Assembly (NCBI GenBank): GCA_946411635.1
Contig: CAMKES010000010.1
Location: 6,446-70,445 of the forward strand
Origin: an uncultured Clostridia bacterium
GTDB taxonomy: Bacteria > Bacillota > Clostridia > Christensenellales > CAG-138
Length of the DNA: 64,000 bases
Direction of reading: 5' to 3'
Below are positions 18,967 to 28,388 of the stretch, in pieces. The notes beneath the pieces were generated by a model, which was not told where the DNA came from, searched no databases, and was given only the letters and a program-made list of their open reading frames with translations. The position numbers were made by a program, and so were the translations under genes. Positions within the stretch are counted from its first letter, which is position 1; each line of letters begins with the position of its first letter.

Positions 18967-20775
18967 ATGAAAAACAATCATCGATATAAACCGTTATTCC
19001 TGCCCGCCCTGCACGGGGCGCGCAGATACTTTCTGGTCAGCGCGGTCGAGGTCATCCTCGACATCGTCGCGCTGTACTTCTCCGCGTTCGTTACGAGCTA
19101 TATCCTCGATTACGTACTGCTTGGCAAGGAGCCTTCGATCCCGAAGGCGCTCTTTGCGTTCCTGAAATCGCTCGGACCCGTCTCGGTCAGTTACTGGGCC
19201 TGCGGTCTTGCGTTTTTCGTGCTGACGGCGTTCAGCGGCCTGTTCGGTTTTCTGCGCCGCAAAAACGTTGCGAAGGGCGCAGAGCACATGGCGAAGGTCA
19301 TGCGCGACCGGCTTTACCGCAAGCTGAACGCGGTCCCCTATGATTATCATAAGCACGTATCGACCGGCGATCTCGTGCAGCGCTGCACCTCCGACGTGGA
19401 AACCATCCGGCGGTTCGTCGTCAACCAGCTGATGGAGATCGTGCGCGTCACGGTGATGTTCACGGTCGCCGCCGTCATGATGTTTTCGATCAGCTGGAAG
19501 ATGACGCTGATCTCGATGGCGGTCATGCCGATCCTGACGGTGTCGAGCTTCCTGTATTTCCGCTTCGTGCGCAAATTCTTCACGGAGGTCGACGAAGCCG
19601 AGGGCGCGATGTCCACGACGATCCAGGAGAATCTCACCGGCGTGCGCGTGGTGCGCGCGTTCGGGCAGCAGCGCGCCGAATACGACAAGTTCACGGCGCA
19701 GAACGACGATTTCTCGAAGAAGAACATCCGGCTCATCGACCTGCTCGGCCTTTATTGGGGCACGACCGACGCGATCGGATATCTGCAGATCGCGCTTTCG
19801 CTCGTGTTCGGCATCCTCTTCTACGTCAAAACGGACGGCGCTTTCTCGCTCGGCAGCATTTATCTGTTCGTCGCGCTGACCGGGAGACTGACGTGGCCCG
19901 TGCGGCAGCTCGGCCGCGTGCTTGCCGAAATGGGCAAGGCTACAGTCTCCCTGGACCGTCTCAACGAGATCATGAACGCCGAGAACGAAACCGAGCCGGG
20001 CAAAGCGCTCACGGACTGCACGATGAAGGGCGACGTGACGTTCTCCCACGTTTCGTTCGGATATGATACGCCGAACGACGTGCTTGACGATATCACGTTC
20101 ACGGCGAAAGCCGGCGAAACGATCGGCATTCTGGGAAGCACCGGAAGCGGCAAGAGCTCGCTCGTGCAGCTGCTGCAGCGGCTGTACTGCGTGACGGGCG
20201 GCGAGATCACGATCAACAGAACGCCGATCAACGACATCGACCACGCCATGCTTCGCAGAAACATCGCGATCGTTCTGCAGGAGCCGTTCCTGTATTCGAG
20301 AACGATCCGCGAAAACATCACGCTGACCTCGCCCGATGCGGACGAAGCGGAGATGTTCGAGGCCGCGCGGGAAGCGGCGGTGCACGACGTGATCGAGAAG
20401 TTCGCGGACGGGTACGATACGATCGTCGGCGAACGCGGCGTCACGCTGTCCGGCGGACAGCAGCAGCGCGTAGCCATTGCGCGCGCGCTGATGCAGAAAG
20501 CGCCGATCATGATCTTCGACGATTCCATGAGCGCGGTCGATACCGAGACCGACGCCAGGATCCGCGAAGCGCTGCGCCGTCATCACGGCGACGGCATTCT
20601 GTTCATCATCTCGCACCGCATCACGACGCTGTGCGAGGCGGACCGGATCCTCGTGCTCGACCACGGAAAGCTCGTTCAGCAGGGCACGCATGATGAACTG
20701 ATCCGCGAAAGCGGGCTGTACCGCAGGATCGCCGTCATTCAGGATTTCCCGACGGAAGGAGGTGTTTGCGCGTGA
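18967..20775 (+). CDS. ABC exporter, fused permease/ATPase subunit (heterodimer partner 1)
   Basis: It has a six-TM N-terminal domain plus an NBD. The NBD carries Walker A GSTGSGKSS, signature LSGGQQQR and Walker B IMIFDD. The start is set at MKNNHRY. Confidence 0.88.
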   Translation: MKNNHRYKPLFLPALHGARRYFLVSAVEVILDIVALYFSAFVTSYILDYVLLGKEPSIPKALFAFLKSLGPVSVSYWACGLAFFVLTAFSGLFGFLRRKNVAKGAEHMAKVMRDRLYRKLNAVPYDYHKHVSTGDLVQRCTSDVETIRRFVVNQLMEIVRVTVMFTVAAVMMFSISWKMTLISMAVMPILTVSSFLYFRFVRKFFTEVDEAEGAMSTTIQENLTGVRVVRAFGQQRAEYDKFTAQNDDFSKKNIRLIDLLGLYWGTTDAIGYLQIALSLVFGILFYVKTDGAFSLGSIYLFVALTGRLTWPVRQLGRVLAEMGKATVSLDRLNEIMNAENETEPGKALTDCTMKGDVTFSHVSFGYDTPNDVLDDITFTAKAGETIGILGSTGSGKSSLVQLLQRLYCVTGGEITINRTPINDIDHAMLRRNIAIVLQEPFLYSRTIRENITLTSPDADEAEMFEAAREAAVHDVIEKFADGYDTIVGERGVTLSGGQQQRVAIARALMQKAPIMIFDDSMSAVDTETDARIREALRRHHGDGILFIISHRITTLCEADRILVLDHGKLVQQGTHDELIRESGLYRRIAVIQDFPTEGGVCA

Positions 20776-22637
20776 GTTACGATACCGAGCTTGAATATGA
20801 CAAAACCGAAAAAATGGATTCGAAGCTCTGGAAGCGGCTGTTCCGTTACGCGGTCCGGAAACCCGGACTGTTCTGGAAGGTCGTGATCTTCATGCTGATC
20901 ACCTCTCTCATCGACGTGATCTATCCGGTCCTGACCGGAAACGCGATCACGAATTTCGTTCGTCCGGACGGCACGCCGACGACCGACGGCATCTGGCTGT
21001 TCTTCGGCGTGTATGCCGCCCTCGTGCTTCTGCAGGGCTTCTGCACGTTCCGCTTTATCAGCCGGACGGGTCGGCTCGAGACGTTCATCTCCTACACGAT
21101 CCGCCAGGAAGCCTACCTGAAACTGCAGACGCTGTCCTTCTCGTTCTACGACAAGACGTCCGTCGGCTATCTGATGGCGCGTATGGTGAGCGACGTCTCG
21201 CGTCTTTCGGAAATGATCGCGTGGAGCATCACCGACTTTCTGTGGGCGTTCTTCTACATCTTCGCAAGCACCGTTACGATGCTGTATTTCAACTGGAAGC
21301 TGACGCTGATCGTTCTGGCGGTCATTCCGCCGCTTGCGATCGTCAGCCTGTATCTGCAGAGAAAGATCCTGCGCTATCAGCGCGTGTCCAGGAAACACAA
21401 CTCGCGCATCACGAGTGCGTTCAACGAAGGCATCATGGGCGCGATGACCACCAAGACGCTCGTGCGCGAGGAGGAAAACGCGAAAGAGTTCGAGACGATC
21501 ACGACAGATATGCGCAAGGCGAGCGTAAAGGCTTCCGTGCTGTCCGCGTCCTTCTTCCCCCTCGTCGTATCGCTCGGCGCAGTCGGAACGACGATGGCTC
21601 TGATCTTCGGCGGCGCGGGCGTCGGTGCGAATCTCGTACATAAGAGCACCTTCCTCGGTGAGATCGACGCCGGTAAGCTCGTGATGTTCATCACCTACGC
21701 GGCAAGCCTGTTCGATCCGATCCAGCAGCTTGCGGGCATCTTTGCGGATATGCAGAGCGCGCAGGCAAGCGCGGAGCGCGTGCTCGGTCTGCTCGACACG
21801 GAATCCGAAGTCAGGGATACGCCCGAAGCGGAGGAAAAGTATGGCACCTCGATGGATCCCAAGCGGGAAAACTGGGAACCGATCAACGGCGATATCGTGT
21901 TCGATCACGTGGACTTCTGCTATAAGGAATCCGAACCGCTGCTGCGCGATTTCAATCTGCATATCCATGCGGGCGAGACCGTTGCGCTCGTCGGCGAGAC
22001 CGGCGCGGGAAAGAGCACGATCGTGAATCTTCTCTGCCGCTTCTACGAGCCGAAAAACGGGCGCATCCTGGTCGACGGCAAAGACTACCGCGAACGGTCG
22101 CAGCTCTGGCTGCAGTCGTCGCTCGGGTACGTTCTGCAGAGTCCGCATCTGTTCTCCGGAACGATCCGCGACAACATTCGCTTCGGCCGTCCGGACGCGG
22201 ACGAGGAAAGCGTGAAACGCGCCGCGGCGCTGGTCCATGCTGACGAGTTCATCGAACGGCAGCCGAAGGGCTACGACACCGAGGTCGGCGAGGGCGGCGT
22301 ACGGCTTTCGACCGGTCAGAAGCAGCTGATCTCGTTTGCGCGCGTCATTCTTGCCGATCCGCAGATCTTCGTGCTGGACGAAGCGACGAGCTCGATCGAT
22401 ACCGAGACCGAGCAGCTGATCCAGAACGCGATCACCGAGGTCCTCCGTCACCGCACGAGCGTCGTCGTCGCGCACCGTCTCTCGACGATCCGCAACGCCG
22501 ACCGCATCCTGGTGATCCGCGACGGCGCGATCGTCGAAGAAGGCAACCACGAAACGCTGCTGGAAAAGGGCGGCTACTATCACGACCTCTACATGCACCA
22601 ATACCAGGAGGACGCGATGCAGGAAGTGCTCAAATAA
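20772..22637 (+). CDS. ABC exporter, fused permease/ATPase subunit (heterodimer partner 2)
   Basis: It has a TMD plus an NBD. The NBD carries Walker A GETGAGKST, signature LSTGQKQL and Walker B IFVLDEAT. GTG at 20772 (9 nt after GGAGG) is preferred over TTG at 20766. Confidence 0.88.
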   Translation: MSYDTELEYDKTEKMDSKLWKRLFRYAVRKPGLFWKVVIFMLITSLIDVIYPVLTGNAITNFVRPDGTPTTDGIWLFFGVYAALVLLQGFCTFRFISRTGRLETFISYTIRQEAYLKLQTLSFSFYDKTSVGYLMARMVSDVSRLSEMIAWSITDFLWAFFYIFASTVTMLYFNWKLTLIVLAVIPPLAIVSLYLQRKILRYQRVSRKHNSRITSAFNEGIMGAMTTKTLVREEENAKEFETITTDMRKASVKASVLSASFFPLVVSLGAVGTTMALIFGGAGVGANLVHKSTFLGEIDAGKLVMFITYAASLFDPIQQLAGIFADMQSAQASAERVLGLLDTESEVRDTPEAEEKYGTSMDPKRENWEPINGDIVFDHVDFCYKESEPLLRDFNLHIHAGETVALVGETGAGKSTIVNLLCRFYEPKNGRILVDGKDYRERSQLWLQSSLGYVLQSPHLFSGTIRDNIRFGRPDADEESVKRAAALVHADEFIERQPKGYDTEVGEGGVRLSTGQKQLISFARVILADPQIFVLDEATSSIDTETEQLIQNAITEVLRHRTSVVVAHRLSTIRNADRILVIRDGAIVEEGNHETLLEKGGYYHDLYMHQYQEDAMQEVLK

Positions 22638-22646
22638 ACCGATACG

Positions 22647-22682
22647 AAAAACCGGCCGGGACATCCCGACCGGTTTCTTTTT
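22647..22682. terminator. Bidirectional terminator between the ABC exporter and the convergent XRE-family regulator
   Basis: AAACCGG-C-CGGG ACAT CCCG-A-CCGGTTT with flanking A and T runs. Confidence 0.7.
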
Positions 22683-22690
22683 GCCGTTTG

Positions 22691-23755
22691 TTATCTGTAC
22701 TTGACCTGTACGGAGCCGAAGTTGACGTCCGCGCGGATGATGATCGTCTGCGTCGCGTCCGGATCCGGATCGCCGGTGACGACAAACGCCGCAAACGACG
22801 TGTCGGAAGACTTCACGAGCCGTACGCTGCGCGGAAGCAGGATCGTGATGTTGCCGAAGCTTGCGTCGACCTTCAGCAGGCAGGAATCCGCAAAGGTGAC
22901 GACCTGCGTGAGGTCGATCGTGTAGTCGCCGAAGCTCGAATCGACGGAACCGCCCGCAAGCACGTCGCGTTCGTAATTGACCGCGCCGTTGCCGAAGCTC
23001 ATGTCGGCTTTCAGGTAGTTGTTTTCGTCCGAATACTCCATCCGGGTGCGTCCGGAGCGGTCACCGTACACGCCGTGTTTTTCCATGGCGCGGCGTCTGC
23101 GTCTGCAGAACAGCGTTCTGCCGAAGATGACGGTGAGCAGACCGACGATCGCAAAGACGAGAACGATCACGTACCACGGGACCGCGGGCAGCTTGCAGAC
23201 GTTGTAGCCGAGCAAAACGCGGCGGACGAATTCATAGCCGCCGAACGCCATCATTGCGGAGCCGAACGCGATATGCTCCGGAACGGACGAGAGGCCGAGC
23301 GTGAACACGAGGATCGGCCAGACGTAGTTCCATCCCTTGAGCGTCAGATCGGAGGTCTCAATATAGGGAAATACGTTCGCCATGCTGTGCAGGATGAAGA
23401 ACAGGCAGACGAGGATCGCGCCGATGCAGCAGGCGATCGTGGACCACTTGCCGTGGTGCTTGTTCCATTCAAAGTTGAAGCTTTCCTTCTTCTTTTCGTC
23501 CTTGGGCATTTCATCCTTATCCAGAATGATCACGTGCGGTTCGACCGGCTTGACGCCGAGAAGCTCGTCGACCGAGACGCCGAACAGATCCGCAAGCAGC
23601 GGAAGAAGCGTGATGTCCGGACAGCTGACGTCGTTTTCCCATTTACTGACCGCCTGCGCGGAGACGCCGACCTTCTCGGCGAGCTGTTCCTGGGTGAGTC
23701 CCTTTTCTTTTCTCAATGCGGCAATGCGCTTGCCGAGCGTTTCGTTTTTTTCCAT
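22691..23755 (-). CDS. Membrane-tethered XRE-family HTH regulator with a LiaF-like/DUF2154-like C-terminal beta-rich domain
   Basis: The start is at MEKNETLGKRI (GGAGG upstream). It has an N-terminal Cro/C1 HTH (LTQEQLAEKVGVSAQAVSKWE) followed by several hydrophobic helices. The C-terminus has repeated xSFGxxxI strands (ADMSFGNGAV, DSSFGDYTI, DASFGNITI, DVNFGSVQV). Confidence 0.75.
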   Translation of the reverse strand: MEKNETLGKRIAALRKEKGLTQEQLAEKVGVSAQAVSKWENDVSCPDITLLPLLADLFGVSVDELLGVKPVEPHVIILDKDEMPKDEKKKESFNFEWNKHHGKWSTIACCIGAILVCLFFILHSMANVFPYIETSDLTLKGWNYVWPILVFTLGLSSVPEHIAFGSAMMAFGGYEFVRRVLLGYNVCKLPAVPWYVIVLVFAIVGLLTVIFGRTLFCRRRRRAMEKHGVYGDRSGRTRMEYSDENNYLKADMSFGNGAVNYERDVLAGGSVDSSFGDYTIDLTQVVTFADSCLLKVDASFGNITILLPRSVRLVKSSDTSFAAFVVTGDPDPDATQTIIIRADVNFGSVQVKYR

Positions 23756-23802
23756 GAAAGTTTCCTCCTTCTTTCGATGGCTGAAGCATATCAGATTCGT
23801 TC

Positions 23803-23924
23803 CGGTTGAACCATCGACCGTCGGTTGAATTTGCAAAAATTGCTCTACCCTGTCGGTTGAGTCGCTCCTTTTCGCTCTCTACGTTCGGTTGAATTGTGTC
23901 CGTTTGCTGTCCGAAGTCGGTTGA
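23803..23924. repeat. Five direct repeats, core TCGGTTGA(A/G)T
   Basis: CGGTTGA occurs at 23803, 23822, 23854, 23886 and 23918. Spacings are 19, 32, 32 and 32 bp. The repeats lie in the divergent intergenic region between the XRE/LiaF-like gene and def. Confidence 0.85.
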
Positions 23925-23958
23925 ATCCGCTGTTTACAAGGATATTTTAGCGATTTTG

Positions 23959-23987
23959 TTTACAAAGGTCAATAAAAACTGTATAAT
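23959..23987 (+). promoter_or_regulatory. Sigma-A type promoter for the def-fmt operon
   Basis: TTTACA, a 17-nt spacer, then TATAAT, about 25 nt before the def ATG. Confidence 0.6.
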
Positions 23988-24011
23988 ATTATTTTGAAAT
24001 GGAGGGTATTT

Positions 24012-24473
24012 ATGGCTATACGCATCATTCGCACGAACGACGACCCGGTCCTGTACAAAACGTGCAAGGAAGTCCGCAAATTTGACGCGCGGCTTGCACA
24101 GCTGATCGACGATATGATCGAAACGATGAACGACGCCGACGGCGTCGGTCTTGCCGCGCCGCAGATCGGCGTGCTTCGCCGCGTTGCGGTGATCGACGTC
24201 GGCGACGGACCGGTCGAGCTCGTCAATCCCGTGATCCTTGAATCGTCCGGCGAGCAGGGCGGCATGGAAGGCTGTCTCTCCTTCCCCGGCGAGAGCGGAT
24301 ACGTCGTGCGGCCGAACCGTGTCAAGGTCGAAGCGTACGACCGGCACGGCGATCTGTACGAATACGAGGGCGAAGGTCTGTTTGCAAGAGCCGTTTTCCA
24401 CGAGACCGATCATCTGGACGGAAAGGTTTATCTGCGGCTCGTGACCGAACCGCCGAAGGATTTCAAGGAGTAA
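24012..24473 (+). CDS. def: Peptide deformylase
   Basis: The start is at MAIRIIRT (GGAGGG upstream). The three deformylase motifs are present: GVGLAAPQ, EGCLSFP and HETDHL. Confidence 0.95.
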   Translation: MAIRIIRTNDDPVLYKTCKEVRKFDARLAQLIDDMIETMNDADGVGLAAPQIGVLRRVAVIDVGDGPVELVNPVILESSGEQGGMEGCLSFPGESGYVVRPNRVKVEAYDRHGDLYEYEGEGLFARAVFHETDHLDGKVYLRLVTEPPKDFKE

Positions 24474-24476
24474 CGC

Positions 24477-25397
24477 ATGCGCATCGCTTTTCTCGGTACC
24501 CCGGAATTCGCGCTTCCCTCCCTCCGCGCGCTCATCGACCGCGGCGATACGCTTGCGGTCTTTACGCAGCCGGACCGGCCCGTCGGGCGAAAGGCGATCC
24601 TGACGCCTCCGCCGGTGAAGGTCCTTGCCGAAGCACACGGGATCCCGGTCTTTCAGTTTGATCGGATCCGCTCCGCCGAAGGCCGCGAGGCGCTCGAATC
24701 GTTTGCGCCGGATCTGATGGTCACCGCGGCGTTCGGGCAGATTCTGTCCGCAAAGAATCTTGCGATCCCGCGTCTCGGGACGATCAATGTCCACGGATCG
24801 CTGCTTCCGAAATACCGCGGCGCGTCGCCGATTCAGAGCGCGATCATTGCAGGCGAAACGGAAACGGGCGTTACGACGATGATGACGGACGTCGGCATGG
24901 ATACCGGCGATATGCTGCTGAAGGCGGCGACGCCGATCGATCCGGACGAAACGTATGAACAGCTCTCCGAGCGGCTTGCCGTGATCGGTGCGGATCTGCT
25001 TCTGAAGACGCTTGAGCAGCTGGAAAACGGCACGCTCACGAGAACGCCGCAGGATCCCGAGGCTGCAACGGTGTGCCATATGCTGACGAAAGAAGACGGG
25101 CGGATCGATCCGAACCGTCCGGCGAAGCGGATTCACGACCTCGTCCGCGGCACGAATCCGTGGCCGTGCGCGTATGCGATGCTGGACGGATCGCCGCTGA
25201 AAGTATTTGAAACGCGTTTGACGGACGCGACCTTCTCCGACGTGCCGGGAACGCTGCGCGAACGCGGCGGAAAGCTTTTCCTTTGCTGCGAAGACGGCGC
25301 GCTCGAGATCGTTTCGCTGCAGGCGAGCGGGAAAAAGCGCATGGAAGCAGGCGCGTTCCTTCGCGGCTGTACTCTCGACGGGAAGATCCTATGCTGA
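24477..25397 (+). CDS. fmt: Methionyl-tRNA formyltransferase
   Basis: 306 aa. MRIAFLGTPEFA N-terminus is present. NVHGSLLPKYRGASPIQ is present. It follows def. Confidence 0.95.
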   Translation: MRIAFLGTPEFALPSLRALIDRGDTLAVFTQPDRPVGRKAILTPPPVKVLAEAHGIPVFQFDRIRSAEGREALESFAPDLMVTAAFGQILSAKNLAIPRLGTINVHGSLLPKYRGASPIQSAIIAGETETGVTTMMTDVGMDTGDMLLKAATPIDPDETYEQLSERLAVIGADLLLKTLEQLENGTLTRTPQDPEAATVCHMLTKEDGRIDPNRPAKRIHDLVRGTNPWPCAYAMLDGSPLKVFETRLTDATFSDVPGTLRERGGKLFLCCEDGALEIVSLQASGKKRMEAGAFLRGCTLDGKILC

Positions 25398-26635
25398 ACG
25401 TTCGCCGCGCCGCGCTGGAAACGCTGATCCGAATCCTGGAGGACGGCGCATATACGAATCTCGCGCTGAAGGAAGCGGCCGCATCCATGCCCGAAAAGGA
25501 CGTGCCGTTTCTGTACGCGCTCGTGAACGAAGCGGTCCTGCGCTGTTCCTATGCCGACTACGTGCTCGCGCACTATTGCAGGCGTCAGAAGCGCGCGGTC
25601 CGCAATCTGCTTCGGATGTCGTTTGCGGAGCTGATGTTTATGAACACGCCGGCGCATGCGGTCGTCAACGAATCCGTCAAGCTTTGCCGCGAGATCGGAA
25701 AGGAAGACAGCTCGCGGCTCGTCAATGCGGTCCTGCGAAGGATCGACCGCGAACGCGGCACACTGCCTCCGCTGCCGGAGGAACCGGAAAAGCGGCTTGC
25801 GATCCGGTACGGGTTCCCGGAATTTCTCGTTTCGGAGTGGATCTCGTCGTTCGGCGCCGCGGAAGCGGAAGCGATCCTTGCCGCGCCGCCCGTCGGAACG
25901 GTCGTTCGCGCGCAGTATCCGTATACGACGGAACAGCTCCGCGCAGCGCTGCCCGTCGCTTCGGTCCCCTGCCGTCTCGATCCGAACGGGCTTCTGCTCT
26001 CCGAAGGCTTTGATTTTCAGAACGATCCGCTGTTTGCGGACGGCAGGTATACGGTGCAGAGCGAAGGCGCGATGCTGATCTGCCGCGCGCTCGGGGACGT
26101 CGGAGGCAAGTCTGTTCTGGACGCGTGCGCCGCACCCGGCGGCAAGACCGCGTACCTTGCGTCGCTTTCCGGAAATACCGCGAAGCTGACGGCATGGGAA
26201 CTGCATCCGCACCGAAAGGATCTGATGGACGCCGCATTCCGGAGACTTCACGTGAACGCGACGACCGCCTGCAGGGACGCTTCGGTTTTCGACCCCGCCT
26301 GTGCGGACGCGTTTGACGCCGTACTGATCGACGCGCCGTGCAGCGGATTCGGTCTGTTGGCCGACAAACCCGACGTGCGGCTGCATAAATCGAAAGAGAC
26401 CGTCGAAGCGCTCGCCGAAACGCAGCGCGCGATCCTCTCGGCATGCGCGCAATACGTTCGCAAGGGCGGCGTGCTCGTCTATGCGACCTGCACGATCTCA
26501 AAACGCGAAAACGAAGCGCAGATCCGCACGTTTCTGGATGTGCATCCGGACTATGCCCCGGAAGAAGAACGGCAGTTGCTGCCGAGCCGCGACGGGACGG
26601 ACGGTTTTTACTACGCAAGACTCAGGAGGCTTTGA
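25391..26635 (+). CDS. rsmB: 16S rRNA (cytosine967-C5)-methyltransferase RsmB/Sun
   Basis: The start is at MLNVRRAAL, overlapping the fmt stop. It has a NusB-like N-terminal domain. It has a SAM-MTase domain with DACAAPGGKT and the catalytic DAPCSG and TCT Cys motifs. Confidence 0.9.
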   Translation: MLNVRRAALETLIRILEDGAYTNLALKEAAASMPEKDVPFLYALVNEAVLRCSYADYVLAHYCRRQKRAVRNLLRMSFAELMFMNTPAHAVVNESVKLCREIGKEDSSRLVNAVLRRIDRERGTLPPLPEEPEKRLAIRYGFPEFLVSEWISSFGAAEAEAILAAPPVGTVVRAQYPYTTEQLRAALPVASVPCRLDPNGLLLSEGFDFQNDPLFADGRYTVQSEGAMLICRALGDVGGKSVLDACAAPGGKTAYLASLSGNTAKLTAWELHPHRKDLMDAAFRRLHVNATTACRDASVFDPACADAFDAVLIDAPCSGFGLLADKPDVRLHKSKETVEALAETQRAILSACAQYVRKGGVLVYATCTISKRENEAQIRTFLDVHPDYAPEEERQLLPSRDGTDGFYYARLRRL

Positions 26636-26638
26636 CCG

Positions 26639-27682
26639 ATGTACTGGATGGACATGACCGAACAGGAGATCGCCGATGCAGTCGGCGCGTTCGGCGTGCC
26701 GAAATTCCGCGTCGGGCAGGTCAAGGAATGGCTCAGAAAAGGCGTTCGGCCGAAGGACATGACCAATCTGCCAAAGGATCTGCGCGAGAAGCTTGAGACG
26801 ATCCCGTTCGGCGGGGCCGTGATCTATGAAAAGCGCGTATCCCCCAAGGACGGCACGGTCAAGTACCTCTTTGAGCTGGAGGACGGAAACCTTGTCGAAG
26901 GCGTTCTGATGCGGTATTCCTACGGAAACACGGTCTGCCTCTCCACGCAGGTCGGCTGCAATATGGGCTGTAAATTCTGCGCGAGCACGCTCGAAGGCTG
27001 CGTGCGTTCGCTGCGTCCGGGCGAGATGCTCTCGTTCCTCGCGGAGATCGAACGCGACGAGCCGCCCGCCGACGGAAAGCCGCGTACCGTCACGAACATC
27101 GTTCTGATGGGAAGCGGCGAGCCCCTGGACAATTACGACAACGTCGTGACGTTTCTCAACCGCGTGACGAGCGAGGACGGACCGAACATCAGTGCGCGCA
27201 ACATTTCGCTCTCGACCTGCGGGATCGTTCCGAAGATCTGCCGGCTGATCGAAGACGCGCCGCACGTGACGCTCTCGATCTCGCTGCACGCGCACGACAA
27301 CAAAGTCCGCAGCGAGCTGATGCCGATCAACAAGGTCTACCCGATCGAGCAGGTCCTTGAGGCGGCGAAGGCGTACGCGGACAGGACCGGCAGGCGCGTT
27401 GTGTTTGAATACGCGCTGATCGGCGGAACGAACGATTCCGAAGCCGACGCGAACGCGCTCGCGGATCTGCTGAAAGGTCTGCTCTGCCACGTGAACCTGA
27501 TCCCGCTGAATCCGGTCAGGGAACGCGGTCTGAACGGCGTCACGCGGCAGCACGCGCACCGGTTCCGCGAATGGCTGGAACAGCGCCGCATCTCCGCCAC
27601 GGTTCGACGCGAGATGGGAACGGATATCGAAGGCGCCTGCGGGCAATTACGAAGGAGGGTACTCGATGAGATTCACGGGTAA
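26639..27682 (+). CDS. rlmN: 23S rRNA/tRNA (adenine2503-C2)-methyltransferase, radical SAM
   Basis: 347 aa. The radical-SAM motif is GCNMGCKFC. GSGEPLDN and the C-terminal GACGQL are present. Confidence 0.93.
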   Translation: MYWMDMTEQEIADAVGAFGVPKFRVGQVKEWLRKGVRPKDMTNLPKDLREKLETIPFGGAVIYEKRVSPKDGTVKYLFELEDGNLVEGVLMRYSYGNTVCLSTQVGCNMGCKFCASTLEGCVRSLRPGEMLSFLAEIERDEPPADGKPRTVTNIVLMGSGEPLDNYDNVVTFLNRVTSEDGPNISARNISLSTCGIVPKICRLIEDAPHVTLSISLHAHDNKVRSELMPINKVYPIEQVLEAAKAYADRTGRRVVFEYALIGGTNDSEADANALADLLKGLLCHVNLIPLNPVRERGLNGVTRQHAHRFREWLEQRRISATVRREMGTDIEGACGQLRRRVLDEIHG

Positions 27683-28388
27683 AACGGAAACCGGATTACG
27701 GCCGCAAAACGAGGATACCTATATGCTTCTCCGCACGGAGGCGTTCGACGCAGTCGCCGTAGCCGACGGAATGGGCGGTCACCGCGCCGGCGAAGTCGCG
27801 AGCCGTACGGCTGTGGAAGCCGCGGAGCGCGTTCTTTCCTCCGGCGGGGACAACCGGGAATCCCTGCTGTTTGAAGCGTTCAAGGCCGCGAACGAAGCGG
27901 TCCGCGTTCTCGCGTCGTCCGACGACTCCATGTACGGCATGGGCTGTACGTTGGTCGCCGCCGCGTTCGACGAAACGACGTTTATTGCCGCCAACGTCGG
28001 CGATTCCCGCCTGTATTGCTTTGACGGAGAAACGCTGAAGCAGGTCACGCACGATCATTCGTTCGTCGCCGAGCTTGTCCGCCGCGGCGCGATCACGCCC
28101 GAGGAGGCGAAAACTCATCCGCGGCGCAATCTGATTACGCGCGCGATCGGCGCGGAAATGCGGGTCTCTGTCGACGTGTTCTCCTGTGAATGGAAAAAAG
28201 GCGATATGCTGCTGCTTTGCTCCGACGGACTCTGCGGCGTTCTCTCCGACGAGGAGATGGCGGAGCATCTGCGCGGATGCGAAGACCTTGACGCAGCATG
28301 CAGCGAACTGATCGCCCACGCGCTTACATGCGGAAGCCGCGACAACATCACCGTTGTACTGGTGAAGAACGACGGAGGCGACGCATGA
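27666..28388 (+). CDS. stp: PP2C-family Ser/Thr protein phosphatase (Stp/PrpC)
   Basis: 240 aa. PP2C motifs NEDTY, ADGMGGH, GDSRLY, LLLCSDGL and DNITVV are present. It is paired with the downstream kinase. Confidence 0.92.
   Translation: MRFTGKTETGLRPQNEDTYMLLRTEAFDAVAVADGMGGHRAGEVASRTAVEAAERVLSSGGDNRESLLFEAFKAANEAVRVLASSDDSMYGMGCTLVAAAFDETTFIAANVGDSRLYCFDGETLKQVTHDHSFVAELVRRGAITPEEAKTHPRRNLITRAIGAEMRVSVDVFSCEWKKGDMLLLCSDGLCGVLSDEEMAEHLRGCEDLDAACSELIAHALTCGSRDNITVVLVKNDGGDA

Noticed and set aside
23803-23924. CRISPR-like regular spacing (32 bp) of a repeated motif.
   Set aside because: The repeat core is only about 10 nt, there are five copies, no cas genes are present, and the array sits in a promoter region. 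It is better explained as protein-binding iterons.
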